Assembly: GCA_963837955.1 (NCBI GenBank)
Contig: CAWIPH010000002.1
Span: 4,976,316 to 5,040,315 of the forward strand
DNA: 64,000 bases
Direction of reading: 5' to 3'
Source: an uncultured Verrucomicrobiae bacterium
Lineage (GTDB): Bacteria > Verrucomicrobiota > Verrucomicrobiia > Chthoniobacterales > JAFAMB01
Position 1 is the stretch's first letter. Each line of letters begins with the position of its first letter. The notes beneath the pieces were generated by a model. It was not told the origin of the DNA and ran no database searches. It saw only the letters and a list, made by a program, of their open reading frames with translations. Below are positions 1 through 10,989 of the stretch, piece after piece. The position numbers and the translations under genes are program-made.

Positions 1-488
1 CAGCCGGAGAAATTGGAACAGCCGATGTAGCGAATCTTACCAGCCCGCACTAAATCGTCGAGGACACTCAGCGTTTCCTCGACTGGAGTCATCGCATCGA
101 AGCCATGCAATTGGAAAAGGTCAATGTAGTCGGTGCCGAGACGGCGCAGGCTACCTTCCACCGACCGGATGAGATGGTACCGTGACGAACCGACCTCGTT
201 TGGTCCATCGCCCCAACGGAAGGTCGCCTTGGTTGAAATAATCACCTGATCCCGCCGCCCGGCAATCGCCTTGCCCAGAATTTCTTCGGCTGCACCGGCC
301 GAGTAAACGTCCGCACTATCGAACATGTTGAGCCCGTTCTCCAGGCAGATATCGATCAGGTGGGTGGCATGTTTCACGTCGCTAGCACCCCAGGCGCGAA
401 AAAAATCGTTTCCAGCGCCAAATGTCCCTGTGCCAAGACTCAGGACCGGCACTTTAAATCCCGAACCGCCCAATTGTCTGAATTCCAT
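1..488 (-). CDS. Aldo/keto reductase (5' part; runs off window start)
   Basis: Manual translation: MEFRQLGGSGFKVPVLSLGTGTFG...SLRRLGTDYIDLFQLHGFD...LVRAGKIRYIGCSNFSG, typical AKR motifs; not in ORF track because truncated. Confidence 0.9.
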   Translation of the reverse strand, partial: MEFRQLGGSGFKVPVLSLGTGTFGAGNDFFRAWGASDVKHATHLIDICLENGLNMFDSADVYSAGAAEEILGKAIAGRRDQVIISTKATFRWGDGPNEVGSSRYHLIRSVEGSLRRLGTDYIDLFQLHGFDAMTPVEETLSVLDDLVRAGKIRYIGCSNFSG

Positions 489-866
489 GCGTATTGATTC
501 CATTTAAAGTTGGATGCGCCAAGCGGAACGAGGTTCCATTGTTCGCTGTCGATCGAACCATAGTGGCGGTGGTTGGAGCGTCAATGGGTTTATCAACACG
601 ATCTTCCGTTTCTTCCCGTCTGAGGGATTCTTTTTTTGCGGTGCGGGACAATTCACTAACTTGTCTTCAGCTCCTGCGAAGAGCTCCCAATGCCGCTGAA
701 TCTCGGCAGTTAAGACAATGATTACGGCCGGTGGGACAAGAAAAGACCTGTTTTTCAAATCCTGAGTGAATATCGAGAAATCTCCGTCAACGCGGCACGA
801 TTCGCCTAAGCGAGAACGGCAAGAAGAATCCCCGGATTGTGCGGCAGAACTAAGGGGCAGCTTACT

Positions 867-1628
867 ATGAGATCATCGTTTGCGGGAAAAGTTGCATTGA
901 TCACTGGCGGAACCTCAGGGATCGGGAGGGCCACCGCCGTCGCCTTTGCTGAACAAGGCGCAAGCGTCGTTGTTGCTGGTCGCCGCGAGGCCGAGGGAGC
1001 GGAGTCGGTCGCACTCATTGAGAAGGCTGGCGGCAACGGATTATTTGTCCGGACGGACGTGATTAGCGAGGGACAGATTGCAAGGTTAGTGGCTCGGACG
1101 GTCGAACATTTCGGCCAGCTTGATTTCGCCTTCAACAACGCAGGGATTGGCGGAGAGGCCGGCTCGGGCGTGGGGATCGCGAACACCGGCGAGATCTTTG
1201 ACCGCTTCATGAACACCAACGTTCGCAGTGTCTTTTTCGGCATGAAACATCAGATCCCTGCGCTTCTCCGATCCGGCGGCGGGGCAATCGTTAATAATGC
1301 TTCTGTAGCTGCCCTGAGGCCGGTCGCCGACGCCCCGATTTACAGCGCGAGCAAGCTCGCAGTGGTCGGCCTCACAAAATCAGTGGCACTCGAGTTCGCT
1401 GCCAAAGGCATACGCGTAAATGCCGTCTGTCCGGCACTCATCGAAACGGATATGACCGAGCGATTCCGCCACAATGATCAGACTCACAGTCGTGTGCTGG
1501 CGATGCACCCAATCGGTCGCTTTGGTTATCCGGAAGAGGTAGCGGCAGCGGTCCTTTATCTCTGCTCGCCGCAGGCCGCATTTATCACCGGAGTCGCATT
1601 GCCGCTGGACGGAGGTCTGGCCGCGTAA
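867..1628 (+). CDS. SDR family oxidoreductase
   Basis: TGGTSGIG Rossmann motif, NNAG, YSASK catalytic motif; ATG 867 preferred over ORF-track start 837. Confidence 0.92.
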   Translation: MRSSFAGKVALITGGTSGIGRATAVAFAEQGASVVVAGRREAEGAESVALIEKAGGNGLFVRTDVISEGQIARLVARTVEHFGQLDFAFNNAGIGGEAGSGVGIANTGEIFDRFMNTNVRSVFFGMKHQIPALLRSGGGAIVNNASVAALRPVADAPIYSASKLAVVGLTKSVALEFAAKGIRVNAVCPALIETDMTERFRHNDQTHSRVLAMHPIGRFGYPEEVAAAVLYLCSPQAAFITGVALPLDGGLAA

Positions 1629-1711
1629 GCCTGGTTCGGTCGAGGTAAGCTGCGACCGAGCCACCGAAACGCAGGGGCGATACATATATTTTAGAAAGAA
1701 TCCTATATTCT

Positions 1712-2728
1712 ATGTCTTTGAGGCAATGCACTTTTTCCGAATCGGACTGGACCGCACTCGCTCCATATTGGTATCCTGTGGCCTTCTCTCATGAGGTGAC
1801 GGAAAAACCGATTGCCGCACAACTCCTTGATCAGCGTCTGGTGCTCTACCGGCTGGCCAACGGGAAGGTGACTGCGGCACGCGATCTTTGCCTGCACCGT
1901 GGCATCCCTTTGAGCATGGGGTTCTTGGAAGGAGAAACGCTCGTCTGCGCCTACCATGGATTCCGCTACGATGGCGAGGGTCGTTGCGTATGCATACCGG
2001 CACATCCGGGTGCGGCAATTCCTCCTAAGCTAAAGCTGCAGACCTATCCGACGCAGGAGCGATATGGATTAGTGTGGACCCGATTGGTTAATGATGGACC
2101 TAAGAACTTGCCCGAATTCGATGAATGGTACGACCCTGATTATCTACAGGTGCTTCCAAACAGCATCGAGTTGGAGGCGGCAGCCGGACGGCAGATCGAA
2201 GGATTCCTGGATGTTGGTCACTTTGCTTTTGTGCATGTTGAAACTTTTGGAGACCGGACTAATCCGGAAGTACCAGCTTACGCGGTGACACCGACAGTAA
2301 ATGGTTTTCAGGCAGATTACTTGAGTACGGTCAGCAACTATCCAAAGCGACTCAAGCACCTAAATCCACCTGGGTTCAAGTGGCGCCGGCTGTTCGACGT
2401 TTTTTTGCCCTTCACAGCGAAATTATCAGTCTTTTTCCCGAAAGATGGCCGGCTGCATATTCTCAACGCAGCGTGTCCAGTCTCGGCCCGGAAAACGCGT
2501 GTGTTTGTGCCTATTTGCCGCAATTTCGATAGGGATGCGCCGGTGCAGGACACGCTCGATTTTAATCAACAAGTCTTCGCCGAGGATAAAGTAATCGTAG
2601 AACAACAATATCCTGAAGATTTGCCAATTGACCTTCAGGAGGAAGTGCATATCCGGGCCGACCGCAGTTCCATTACGTATCGGCAGAAACTCGCCGCTTT
2701 GAGACTAGGTAGAACTTTCACAGCATAG
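1712..2728 (+). CDS. Rieske non-heme iron oxygenase alpha subunit (VanA/demethylase-like)
   Basis: CLHRG...CAYHG Rieske motif; EGFLDVGHFAFVH mononuclear-iron motif. Confidence 0.9.
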   Translation: MSLRQCTFSESDWTALAPYWYPVAFSHEVTEKPIAAQLLDQRLVLYRLANGKVTAARDLCLHRGIPLSMGFLEGETLVCAYHGFRYDGEGRCVCIPAHPGAAIPPKLKLQTYPTQERYGLVWTRLVNDGPKNLPEFDEWYDPDYLQVLPNSIELEAAAGRQIEGFLDVGHFAFVHVETFGDRTNPEVPAYAVTPTVNGFQADYLSTVSNYPKRLKHLNPPGFKWRRLFDVFLPFTAKLSVFFPKDGRLHILNAACPVSARKTRVFVPICRNFDRDAPVQDTLDFNQQVFAEDKVIVEQQYPEDLPIDLQEEVHIRADRSSITYRQKLAALRLGRTFTA

Positions 2729-2790
2729 ACATCGTATCCTGGACTCAGGAGAGAGAGGAACGAGGACGCATATCAACGAAGAGCGCCTCA

Positions 2791-2938
2791 TGGAAGATCA
2801 CACTCACATTGAATGGAGTCGATCTTCATTACCGGACTATCGGCGACGGCCCTACGCCTTTCGTTGTGTCTCCAGGCTGGTGATTAGCTTGCGGCTACTT
2901 GCAGCACGTTTGGCAGCTTTTGCGCGAAACCGCCGCGT
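2791..2938 (+). pseudogene. N-terminal remnant of an alpha/beta hydrolase
   Basis: Frame from 2791 reads WKITLTLNGVDLHYRTIGDGPTPFVVSPGW*LACGYLQ with in-frame TGA at 2881-2883; no continuation. Confidence 0.5.
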
Positions 2939-4138
2939 TTACACCTTGTTTTTGTTGTAAACGTCGAAGATCACGGCCGCCAGTAACACCAGTCCTTTGA
3001 CCACCTGCTGCCAGTCGATACCGACACCCATGATGGACATGCCGTTATTCATGACGCCCATAATGAAGGCCCCGATGACTGCCCCCATTACCTTTCCGAC
3101 GCCACCGGAAGCTGAAGCGCCCCCAATAAAAACGGCGGCGATCACATCCAGTTCGAATCCGACGCCCGCTTTTGGAGTCGCGGTATTGAGACGGGCTGCG
3201 AAAATGAGCCCGGCGAGCGCAGCTAGCGCACCCATGGTGATGAAGGTGCCAAAGGTCAACCGCTCGGTCTTGATGCCGGAGAGTTTGGCCGCCTTTTCAT
3301 TGCCGCCCAGCGCGTAGATGCGGCGGCCGACCGTGGTCCGCAACGTGATGAAAGCGAAGAGGGCGATCAAAATACCCATCACGATCAGGACGTTTGGTAG
3401 CCCCTTGTAGGACGCCAGTTGATAACTTAGATAGAGGACCAGACCCGAAACGATTGCGTTCTCCAGAATAAAGAGCGCGAGAGACCCGCCGCGAAACCCG
3501 TGTTTCTCGCGATTGAGTCGCGTTCGGAGACTCACGCCAAACATCCCGACCGCAATTAAGGCGCCGATCAGCATCGACATCGTGCGGAAGCCCGCGTTAC
3601 CGAACGGATCGGGAATAAAGCCAGAGCTCAGTAGTTGAAATTGCACTGGGAATGGCCCGATCGAATTGCCGCCCAGCAACGCCAGGGTCAACCCTCTAAA
3701 GACCAGCATCCCGGCTAAGGTGACTATGAAGGAAGGTATTTTGTGGTAGGCAATCCAATAACCTTGGGCTGCGCCAATGGCGCCCCCCACGATGAGGCAG
3801 AGAATCGCTGCCAACAGGAAATTCATGTCGGCCCGCACCATCATCACCGACGCAAGCGCACCTATAAAACCGGCAACCGAACCGACCGACAGGTCAATGT
3901 GACCAGCGACGATGACCAAGAGCATGCCCAACGCCATGATCACCACGTAGCTGTTCTGGAGTACGAGGTTGGTAAGGTTCAGGGGCTTGAACAGCGTGCC
4001 ATTCGTCGCAATTTGAAAAAAGATCATGATCGCGATCAGCGCGATCATGAGACCGTATTCTCGGAAATTGCCTCGCACTACGTTCTTGGTCTTGGCTGGC
4101 TTGGGAGCGGCTGCGACTGCTTCTGCTTGCGTGTTCAT
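2939..4138 (-). CDS. gguB: Multiple-sugar ABC transporter permease (GguB/MmsB type)
   Basis: [40 protein letters not shown] motifs; operon with gguA/chvE. Confidence 0.88.
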   Translation of the reverse strand: MNTQAEAVAAAPKPAKTKNVVRGNFREYGLMIALIAIMIFFQIATNGTLFKPLNLTNLVLQNSYVVIMALGMLLVIVAGHIDLSVGSVAGFIGALASVMMVRADMNFLLAAILCLIVGGAIGAAQGYWIAYHKIPSFIVTLAGMLVFRGLTLALLGGNSIGPFPVQFQLLSSGFIPDPFGNAGFRTMSMLIGALIAVGMFGVSLRTRLNREKHGFRGGSLALFILENAIVSGLVLYLSYQLASYKGLPNVLIVMGILIALFAFITLRTTVGRRIYALGGNEKAAKLSGIKTERLTFGTFITMGALAALAGLIFAARLNTATPKAGVGFELDVIAAVFIGGASASGGVGKVMGAVIGAFIMGVMNNGMSIMGVGIDWQQVVKGLVLLAAVIFDVYNKNKV

Positions 4139-5664
4139 TGCCCTTCTATGTCAGCGCGGAGGATAGCGCGCATAATTCTCTCTTGCGAAGCATCTTTGGC
4201 GAGCATTTCGCTTACCAGCTTCCCGTCGTTCATGACATAAATCCGATCACAGATCCCAAGTAACTCGGGCATCTCCGAAGAAATGAGGATGACCCCCTTC
4301 TTAGCTTCGGCCAACTTGCCGATGATCGTATAAATCTCGTACTTCGCGCCGACGTCGATCCCCCGCGTTGGTTCGTCCAGGATCAGAATCTCCGGGTCAG
4401 CGAACAGCCATTTGCTCAGCACAACCTTTTGCTGGTTGCCACCGCTCAGGTTCCCCACGGTCTGATAGACACTGGAGGAACGAATATTCGTTCTGGTCCG
4501 ATACTCGTGGGCTACATTGAGCTCGCGGATCTCATTGAGCACGCCGGCCTGGGAAACACCTTTGAGATTAGTGAGCGTGATGTTGTGCTTAATCTGATCG
4601 ATGAGGTTAAGTCCGTAAGTTTTACGGTCTTCGGTGACGTACGCCAGACCGTGGGCAATCGCTTTGCCGATCGTGCTGACATCAACCTTTTTTCCGTGAA
4701 TGTATACGTCTCCGCTGATCCGGCGGCCATAGGATCTCCCGAAAACACTCATCGCAAATTCAGTCCGCCCGGAACCCATTAATCCGGCGATACCGACGAT
4801 CTCGCCCTTTTTCACGTGGAGATTTATGCCCTTGATGACCTGTCGATCGGAGTAGAGGGGGTGGTAAACAATCCAATCTTTGACCTCAAAAATGGTCTCG
4901 CCGATCTGAGGGGTACGCTTGGGAAAGCGGTCTACTAACTTCCGGCCCACCATGCTGGTGATGATCCGGTCTTCGGTGACCTCGTGGGATTCAAGGGTCT
5001 CGATGGTCGCTCCATCGCGGAGAACCGTAATCACATCCGCGACCTTCCTAACCTCATTGAGCTTGTGGGAAATCAAGATCGAAGTGATTCCATGCTCCTT
5101 GAATTCGAGAAGGAGCGCGAGGAGAGCATCACTGTCGTTTTCGTTCAGGCTAGCAGTCGGTTCGTCCAAAATCAGCAGCTTCACTTCCTTAGAAAGCGCT
5201 TTGGCGATTTCGACGAGCTGTTGTTTGCCGACGCCCAGATTCGTTATCAGCGTCTGCGGATTTTCTTTGAGGCCGACTTTCTCGAGCAGAGCCTGAGTCC
5301 TGACTTCGGCTGCGTTCCAGTCGATGATACCGAACTTGGCCTGCTCATTACCGAGGAAAATATTTTCGCTGATCGAAAGGAGCGGCACGAGGGCAAGCTC
5401 CTGATGAATAATGATGATTCCAAGCTTCTCGCTATCCGCAATACCGCGAAAATTGCGTTCTGCACCCTGATAATAGATCTCTCCCGAATAGGTGCCGTGC
5501 GGGTAAACCCCGCTCAGCACCTTCATCAACGTCGATTTTCCGGCACCGTTTTCCCCGACCAGGGCGTGGATTTCGCCCTGGCGTACTGCTAGATTGACGT
5601 TGTCGAGTGCTACCACCCCGGGGAACGTCTTGGTGATGCCGCGCATTTCGAGGATGTTATTCAT
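4135..5664 (-). CDS. gguA: Multiple-sugar ABC transporter ATP-binding protein (GguA/MmsA type)
   Basis: Duplicated ABC domain; [30 protein letters not shown]. Confidence 0.9.
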   Translation of the reverse strand: MNNILEMRGITKTFPGVVALDNVNLAVRQGEIHALVGENGAGKSTLMKVLSGVYPHGTYSGEIYYQGAERNFRGIADSEKLGIIIIHQELALVPLLSISENIFLGNEQAKFGIIDWNAAEVRTQALLEKVGLKENPQTLITNLGVGKQQLVEIAKALSKEVKLLILDEPTASLNENDSDALLALLLEFKEHGITSILISHKLNEVRKVADVITVLRDGATIETLESHEVTEDRIITSMVGRKLVDRFPKRTPQIGETIFEVKDWIVYHPLYSDRQVIKGINLHVKKGEIVGIAGLMGSGRTEFAMSVFGRSYGRRISGDVYIHGKKVDVSTIGKAIAHGLAYVTEDRKTYGLNLIDQIKHNITLTNLKGVSQAGVLNEIRELNVAHEYRTRTNIRSSSVYQTVGNLSGGNQQKVVLSKWLFADPEILILDEPTRGIDVGAKYEIYTIIGKLAEAKKGVILISSEMPELLGICDRIYVMNDGKLVSEMLAKDASQERIMRAILRADIEGQ

Positions 5665-5776
5665 CGTACCATCTCGATTGACGCCGGACGCCTCGCCTCA
5701 GTCGCTAGGCAAAGCTGTCGCGAAGTTAGGAACAAAGAGTGTGAGGAAGCCCGGGTGCGCATCTAGCCAGGAAAGG

Positions 5777-6841
5777 CTACTTGAGCTGATCGGCCTTGTA
5801 ATAGCCACTATCAACGAGGATCTGTTTATAATTCGAAATGTCGACTGGGACTGGCTTCAACAGGTAAGAAGGCACAACCTTGATCCCATTATTGTAGGTC
5901 GTGGTGTTGTTGACTTCCGGCTTACCGCCAGCTAATAGCGCGTCAACCATATTAACGGCGACCTTAGCGAGGTCACGCGTGTCCTTGAAAATGGTCGAAC
6001 GCTGTTCATGGGCGATAATCGACTTCACCGAAGGGACTTCCGCATCCTGGCCTGTCACGACCGGCATCGGTAGATCGGACTTTCCGTAACCGACCCCTTT
6101 GAGCGACGAAAGAATGCCAATGCTCAAGCCGTCATAAGGCGAAAGAACCGCATCAACGCGCTTATCCGTGTAGTAAGCGGACAGAATGTTATCCATCCGG
6201 GACTGGGCGACGGCGCCGTCCCACCGGAGCGTACCGACCGTTTTCATACCTGTTTGGCCGCTACGTACCACCAGCTTGCCGCTATCGATGTACGGCTTTA
6301 ACACAGACATCGCGCCGTCATAGAAGAAGAATGCGTTATTGTCATCCGGAGAACCGCCGAACAGTTCGATATTGAAGGGACCCTTGCCGCTTTTGAGGCT
6401 GAGCTCTTTCTCAATGGATTGGGCCTGCAAGACGCCGACCTGGAAATTATCGAAGGTGGCGTAGTAGTCGACATTGGGAGAGCCGCGGATCAGACGGTCA
6501 TAGGCTAGGACTTTGATGCCACTATTGGCCGCCTTCTGCAGGGCGTCGGAAAGGGTGGTACCGTCAATCGCGGCGATGACGAGAACCTTGTCGCCCTTGG
6601 TGATCATATTTTCGATCTGGGCCAACTGGTTCGGGATGTCATCTTCGGCGTATTGGAGATCGGCCTTGTAGCCTTTGGCCTCCAAGGTCTTCACAATGTT
6701 GTCGCCATCGGCGATCCAGCGGGCCGACGATTTTGTGGGCATGGCAATGCCGATGGTGCCCTTATCCTGCGCAACAGCAGGCAGGGACAACGACATCAGG
6801 CCTATCGCCAATGTGGTGTAAGCAATCTTGAATGATTTCAT
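5777..6841 (-). CDS. chvE: Multiple-sugar-binding periplasmic protein ChvE
   Basis: Signal peptide; [38 protein letters not shown] are ChvE hallmarks. Confidence 0.9.
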   Translation of the reverse strand: MKSFKIAYTTLAIGLMSLSLPAVAQDKGTIGIAMPTKSSARWIADGDNIVKTLEAKGYKADLQYAEDDIPNQLAQIENMITKGDKVLVIAAIDGTTLSDALQKAANSGIKVLAYDRLIRGSPNVDYYATFDNFQVGVLQAQSIEKELSLKSGKGPFNIELFGGSPDDNNAFFFYDGAMSVLKPYIDSGKLVVRSGQTGMKTVGTLRWDGAVAQSRMDNILSAYYTDKRVDAVLSPYDGLSIGILSSLKGVGYGKSDLPMPVVTGQDAEVPSVKSIIAHEQRSTIFKDTRDLAKVAVNMVDALLAGGKPEVNNTTTYNNGIKVVPSYLLKPVPVDISNYKQILVDSGYYKADQLK

Positions 6842-6882
6842 TTTATTCTTTGGGGGTACTAGATAACGCGTGCGGCGCGAAT

Positions 6883-6898
6883 CCGTGACCGCTCACGG
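6883..6898. promoter_or_regulatory. Putative LacI-family operator 1
   Basis: CCGTGACCGCTCACGG, imperfect palindrome with central CG, upstream of chvE. Confidence 0.6.
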
Positions 6899-7110
6899 GA
6901 TTAAGGCAGGTTGATCCTTATCTGCAAGAAAAAGTTCTGTTTCGTACCCGATTCTTTGATCGCCGCTCTGGGTTCCACCCGGCGTAGCCGGATGTTTAGT
7001 TGTCCAGGTGGACCAATGAAGCCGACCACTTCGCCTTCTGCCACCCGTTCGACAACGCGCCGGCCCATCGTTCTTACTAAAAAAAACTTTGGAAAGAAAG
7101 CTGAGGAAAT

Positions 7111-7126
7111 CCGTGAGCGTTCACAA
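7111..7126. promoter_or_regulatory. Putative LacI-family operator 2
   Basis: CCGTGAGCGTTCACAA, similar to operator 1, upstream of divergent lacI gene. Confidence 0.55.
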
Positions 7127-7212
7127 AGGTGAGGTGGTTAACTGCTCTTTTAAGAAGCAGAAAGACGTCGACTCGCTTTACATTACTTCGAAAAAGATAT
7201 TCACCTAAAGCC

Positions 7213-8364
7213 ATGAGATCCTCCCGGAGAAAGAGTAAGAATTTGACAATCGATGATATCGCCGAACTCTCCGGAGTTTCGTATCAGACCGTCTCACGAG
7301 TTTTGAACGGGATGCCCCACGTCTCACCGGCGACCCGGGAAAGGGTCCAAGCGGTGATGCAGGAAGTCGGGTTCCGACCAAACATGACGGCCCGGCAACT
7401 CGCCAGTCAACGCTCGACCACCGTCGGACTAGTGACGTTCGCCACCGGTTTCTACGGGCCAGCCCAGGTCCTCTCCAACTGCGAGCAAGCCAGCAAAGAA
7501 ATGGACTTGAGCTTCATGTTCAGCGGCATCGTCGATCAAAGTACTCCCGGGATCCGACGCGCCGTGAACGAACTCTGTGCTCACCAAGTTTGCGGTATTC
7601 TGCTCCACCTCCCCTTTCGAATCGAACTGCGTGATCTGCAAGAGGTCTGCCGCAATGTGCCAATCGTAGCAGTCGATTCCAGTCTGGGATTCAAATGCCC
7701 CGCTATCTACATCGATCAAGAACTCGGGTCCCGCATCGCCACGCAACACTTGATCCAACTCGGACACAGGAAAATCGCGTATCTGCAGGGGCCGGCCTTC
7801 TGGCGGGCGGCGGAACTGCGTTTCGAGGGTTGGCTTAAAGAATTGAAAGCGGCTGGCCTCAATCCAGGACCCGTGATCAGAGGAGATTGGACGGCTGAGT
7901 CAGGCTTCGAAGCGACGCAGAAGCTTGTCGCACAAAATTGGGGTAAATATTCGGCCTTAGTCGTGGCCAATGACCAGATGGCGTTGGGGGCGATCCGTGC
8001 TTTCGAAGAAAGCGGGATCCAAATTCCCCGGACCATCTCAGTGGTTGGGTTTGACGACATTCCGGAAGCAGGCTTCTTTCGGCCTCCTCTTTCGACCATC
8101 AAACAGGATTTTGCGACGCTTGCCAACTTGAGCGTGAAGTGTCTGATGAGCCAAGTGAGTCAGAGCCAAGCCGTTCGCTCGAGGACTATTCGGCCCACAT
8201 TCGTCGGACGTGAGAGTACCGCAGCGCCCCAGAGTCGAACGATCCGCGCGAATAAGCCAACGATAGCGAAGAAGTCGAATGGGCCGACGGCCTCGCCGGA
8301 CCAGGTTTCCCGCCGCAAGCCGGCGGTCAAACAGGGTAACGGCCGGCGAGGGCGTGCGCGGTGA
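7213..8364 (+). CDS. LacI family transcriptional regulator
   Basis: TIDDIAELSGVSYQTVSRVLN HTH; ANDQMALG; ISVVGFDD; basic low-complexity tail. Confidence 0.9.
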   Translation: MRSSRRKSKNLTIDDIAELSGVSYQTVSRVLNGMPHVSPATRERVQAVMQEVGFRPNMTARQLASQRSTTVGLVTFATGFYGPAQVLSNCEQASKEMDLSFMFSGIVDQSTPGIRRAVNELCAHQVCGILLHLPFRIELRDLQEVCRNVPIVAVDSSLGFKCPAIYIDQELGSRIATQHLIQLGHRKIAYLQGPAFWRAAELRFEGWLKELKAAGLNPGPVIRGDWTAESGFEATQKLVAQNWGKYSALVVANDQMALGAIRAFEESGIQIPRTISVVGFDDIPEAGFFRPPLSTIKQDFATLANLSVKCLMSQVSQSQAVRSRTIRPTFVGRESTAAPQSRTIRANKPTIAKKSNGPTASPDQVSRRKPAVKQGNGRRGRAR

Positions 8365-8396
8365 TCCCCAGCAACGCTGGTTGAAGACTTCCCTGC

Positions 8397-8897
8397 TCAA
8401 GCCGCTCCCGGAACGTTAAGATCCACGTTGGGTAGATCTCCGACGGCATGGTACACAGATATCTTCATCAACTCGCCTTCAGCGGCGGCGTGACTAAAGA
8501 ATCTACCTTCATTCAGCCACGCGTACCGGGAATCTGGGGTCTGGAACTTTACCACGCCGACGAGATAATGCTCCGCCGGGCTCACAAACTCGTTGGCTAG
8601 CAGACGGGCCAAAGTGTCTGCCGAACCAAGCCATTCCCCGCGATTCATCATCAGCACCTCGGCACCGTCATCTGTTAGAATGCTGAATTCGGCCAATATC
8701 GAGATACCCGGCTGGCCGTTCGGGCTCGGATTACCGGTGACGAAACGCGTCAAAATCTGGCCGTTTAGCCTTGGACCGCTCACGGTCCCACCGGAAACGA
8801 GACCGCCTTGCCGAAGTATCTCCATACTTCTCCAGATCCTGGCAAAAAGAAGCCTTGTGACCAGCTGCATCTCGCTGGGGATCGGGAGTTTATCCAT
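8397..8897 (-). CDS. DUF3237-like protein
   Basis: GGTVSGPRLNG, ILTDDGA, FQTPDSRYAWLN resemble DUF3237; start uncertain (8897 or 8936). Confidence 0.65.
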   Translation of the reverse strand: MDKLPIPSEMQLVTRLLFARIWRSMEILRQGGLVSGGTVSGPRLNGQILTRFVTGNPSPNGQPGISILAEFSILTDDGAEVLMMNRGEWLGSADTLARLLANEFVSPAEHYLVGVVKFQTPDSRYAWLNEGRFFSHAAAEGELMKISVYHAVGDLPNVDLNVPGAA

Positions 8898-9105
8898 AGA
8901 CTCGTACTTTCTGGCGGCGCCCGATTTCGGGTTCAAGCCGAAATCGCGCTGGTAAGAAGAGGTTCGTTTCCGCCGAGCCGAAGAGTGTCTTTAGTCGCAA
9001 ACTCATGACCAACGCGGCCCGGCAAGCAAATAGCTCGTTCAGGTATCGCGAGGAGAATGGTTTACATTCAGCCATTATTTTCCTATTCTCCATAACCAAT
9101 CTCAC

Positions 9106-9744
9106 GTGCCAATGACAAAGTCCGTCCTTACCGTCTTGTGTTTGCAGGTCTTTCTCTTAGCCGCCGCTCTGGCCACCCCGGGCGATGACCTGCTCGTGGC
9201 GAAGCTGCCGAAAGATCTTCGCGGTGCGCCCAAAGTCCCAGAGGGTCCGCTCGTTCAAGCCACGACGGATGCGGTGAAAGGAAGTCGCTCACTGGCCCCG
9301 CAAATCACTGCGGCTGCGGTCCGACGCGCGATAGATTGCTCCTCTGCGGAAGCTGTACTTCGAGCGTCCCTTCGCCAACTCGCGCCCAACCCGACCGCAA
9401 TGGAGCTATTCGCGATTACCCGAGCTGCGATCGGCGCAGCTCCGCATAGCGAAAGCACTTCTGTGAATAGCAGAGGCCACAAAGTTGCCTCAGGTGGTTG
9501 TACGGAAGCGCTCCTCGCTGCCGCGGCTTCAGAGTACCCGGATCTCGCATCGGTATTGAACGATTCAGGCAAACAGGTCGCCCAAAAGCAGGTGGCCGGA
9601 GCGGAGGAAGGGATGGGCAATTCTCCGGAGACAGGGGCCGGCGGCGGTATTTTCGATCCAGGCGCACCTCTGATCCCCCCAGCCGTAACATTTCCCCCTA
9701 CTGGCGGTGGACTAGTCTCTGTAACTACCCCGATCGCTCCCTGA
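9106..9744 (+). CDS. Hypothetical secreted protein
   Basis: Signal peptide, Ala-rich helical body, Pro/Gly-rich tail. Confidence 0.65.
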   Translation: MPMTKSVLTVLCLQVFLLAAALATPGDDLLVAKLPKDLRGAPKVPEGPLVQATTDAVKGSRSLAPQITAAAVRRAIDCSSAEAVLRASLRQLAPNPTAMELFAITRAAIGAAPHSESTSVNSRGHKVASGGCTEALLAAAASEYPDLASVLNDSGKQVAQKQVAGAEEGMGNSPETGAGGGIFDPGAPLIPPAVTFPPTGGGLVSVTTPIAP

Positions 9745-9854
9745 TACCGACCAAGGGATTGAAGGTATCGGTAAATCTGTGATTTTGCTTGCGTCGAGCA
9801 TGATCCCTTTGACCCCGATTGCAGCTAGATCAAATCGCCGGTATAGCTACAGCG

Positions 9855-10913
9855 ATGGAAGTGCTCCAAACTTTGGCAGTCGCCCTCGGTTTAGCCGCCC
9901 TCTCCGGATATAGCCTCTATCTGACCGTTTTCTTAACGGGCTTAGCGATCCATTTCGATTGGATTCATTTGGCGCCCCAATACGCCTCCCTGGCTCCGCT
10001 CGGTGAGCCGACGATCATCATTATCTCCGGCGTTCTTTTCGTGCTCGAATTTTTTGTCGACAAGATTCCCTGGCTTGATTCTATCTGGGACGCGATCCAC
10101 ACCTTCATCCGACCGGTCGGCGGAGCCCTGCTGGCAGTGCAAACGCTTGGTCATCCTCAGCCGGTCTTCGATGTGATCGTGGCTCTGCTCGCTGGATCCG
10201 TAACATTCACAACTCACAGCGTGAAGACAGGAACACGACTGATGGTGAATCAGTCGCCCGAGCCATTCTCCAACGTTGCTGTGAGCCTGGGTGAGAACAT
10301 AGTGGTCGCCGGACTGTTTGCCTTGCTCTGGAGTCACCCCTTTATCGCGATCGTTCTGCTTCTTATCTTTTTCTCTCTGGCATTCTACTTCCTTCCAAAG
10401 ATCTGGCGTGCGATCGGGGTTCGACTTTGGTTCATCCGCCGAAAATTGAAACAGCCGGCTCGCGGTCAATCGGAAACGGTCCTGCCCACAAAGCTTCCTG
10501 GTCGTTATCAACACGCGCTGAACCGATTACCGGAGCCACCGCAAAACCTTGTGTGGGCGGTACCGTGCATCACTGGCAAAGGAAAATTTATTCCGACCGA
10601 TAGAGTTGGTTATCTGGTTGCTTCGGCAGATCGACTTCCAAAAGTTTACTTCCTGGTAAAGGGCTGGTTTGGCGCTGCCAAACTGTACGAGATTGAGGAG
10701 TTCAGCGTAACGCTACGCCAAAGATTCTTGTATGACGAACTCGTCCTCTACACCCCAGGCAAACATGATCGCTACACTTTCCGGTTCGACCGGAGCACGG
10801 CCGGTCTCGCTCCCTTAATTACCACGGATCTCCAATCCCGGATCGACGCTCCGAAAACGCTAAGTCTAATCTCCGCCACTCCGCCGACTGGCGAAGAGCA
10901 CGCGCCGATTTAG
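9855..10913 (+). CDS. DUF4126 domain membrane protein
   Basis: GLAALSGYSLYL, EFFVDKIPWLDSIWDAIHTFIRP, SPEPFSN motifs. Confidence 0.85.
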   Translation: MEVLQTLAVALGLAALSGYSLYLTVFLTGLAIHFDWIHLAPQYASLAPLGEPTIIIISGVLFVLEFFVDKIPWLDSIWDAIHTFIRPVGGALLAVQTLGHPQPVFDVIVALLAGSVTFTTHSVKTGTRLMVNQSPEPFSNVAVSLGENIVVAGLFALLWSHPFIAIVLLLIFFSLAFYFLPKIWRAIGVRLWFIRRKLKQPARGQSETVLPTKLPGRYQHALNRLPEPPQNLVWAVPCITGKGKFIPTDRVGYLVASADRLPKVYFLVKGWFGAAKLYEIEEFSVTLRQRFLYDELVLYTPGKHDRYTFRFDRSTAGLAPLITTDLQSRIDAPKTLSLISATPPTGEEHAPI

Positions 10914-10939
10914 CCTGGCCTAGCCGTTGATCAGTCCCC

Positions 10940-10966
10940 CAAAGGGCGGCCTTCGGCCGCCCTTTG
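10940..10966. terminator. Hairpin between convergent genes (probable terminator)
   Basis: CAAAGGGCGGCC-TTC-GGCCGCCCTTTG perfect stem. Confidence 0.7.
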
Positions 10967-10989
10967 TCTACAACAATTAGATTTACGTT

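Noticed and set aside
504..758. 84-aa ORF upstream of the aldo/keto reductase
   Set aside because: No motif or clear RBS; probably the divergent promoter region
2881..2883. Selenocysteine or recoded TGA
   Set aside because: The position corresponds to a probable Gly (PGWG), the ORF lacks a start and continuation, and no SECIS-like context is evident
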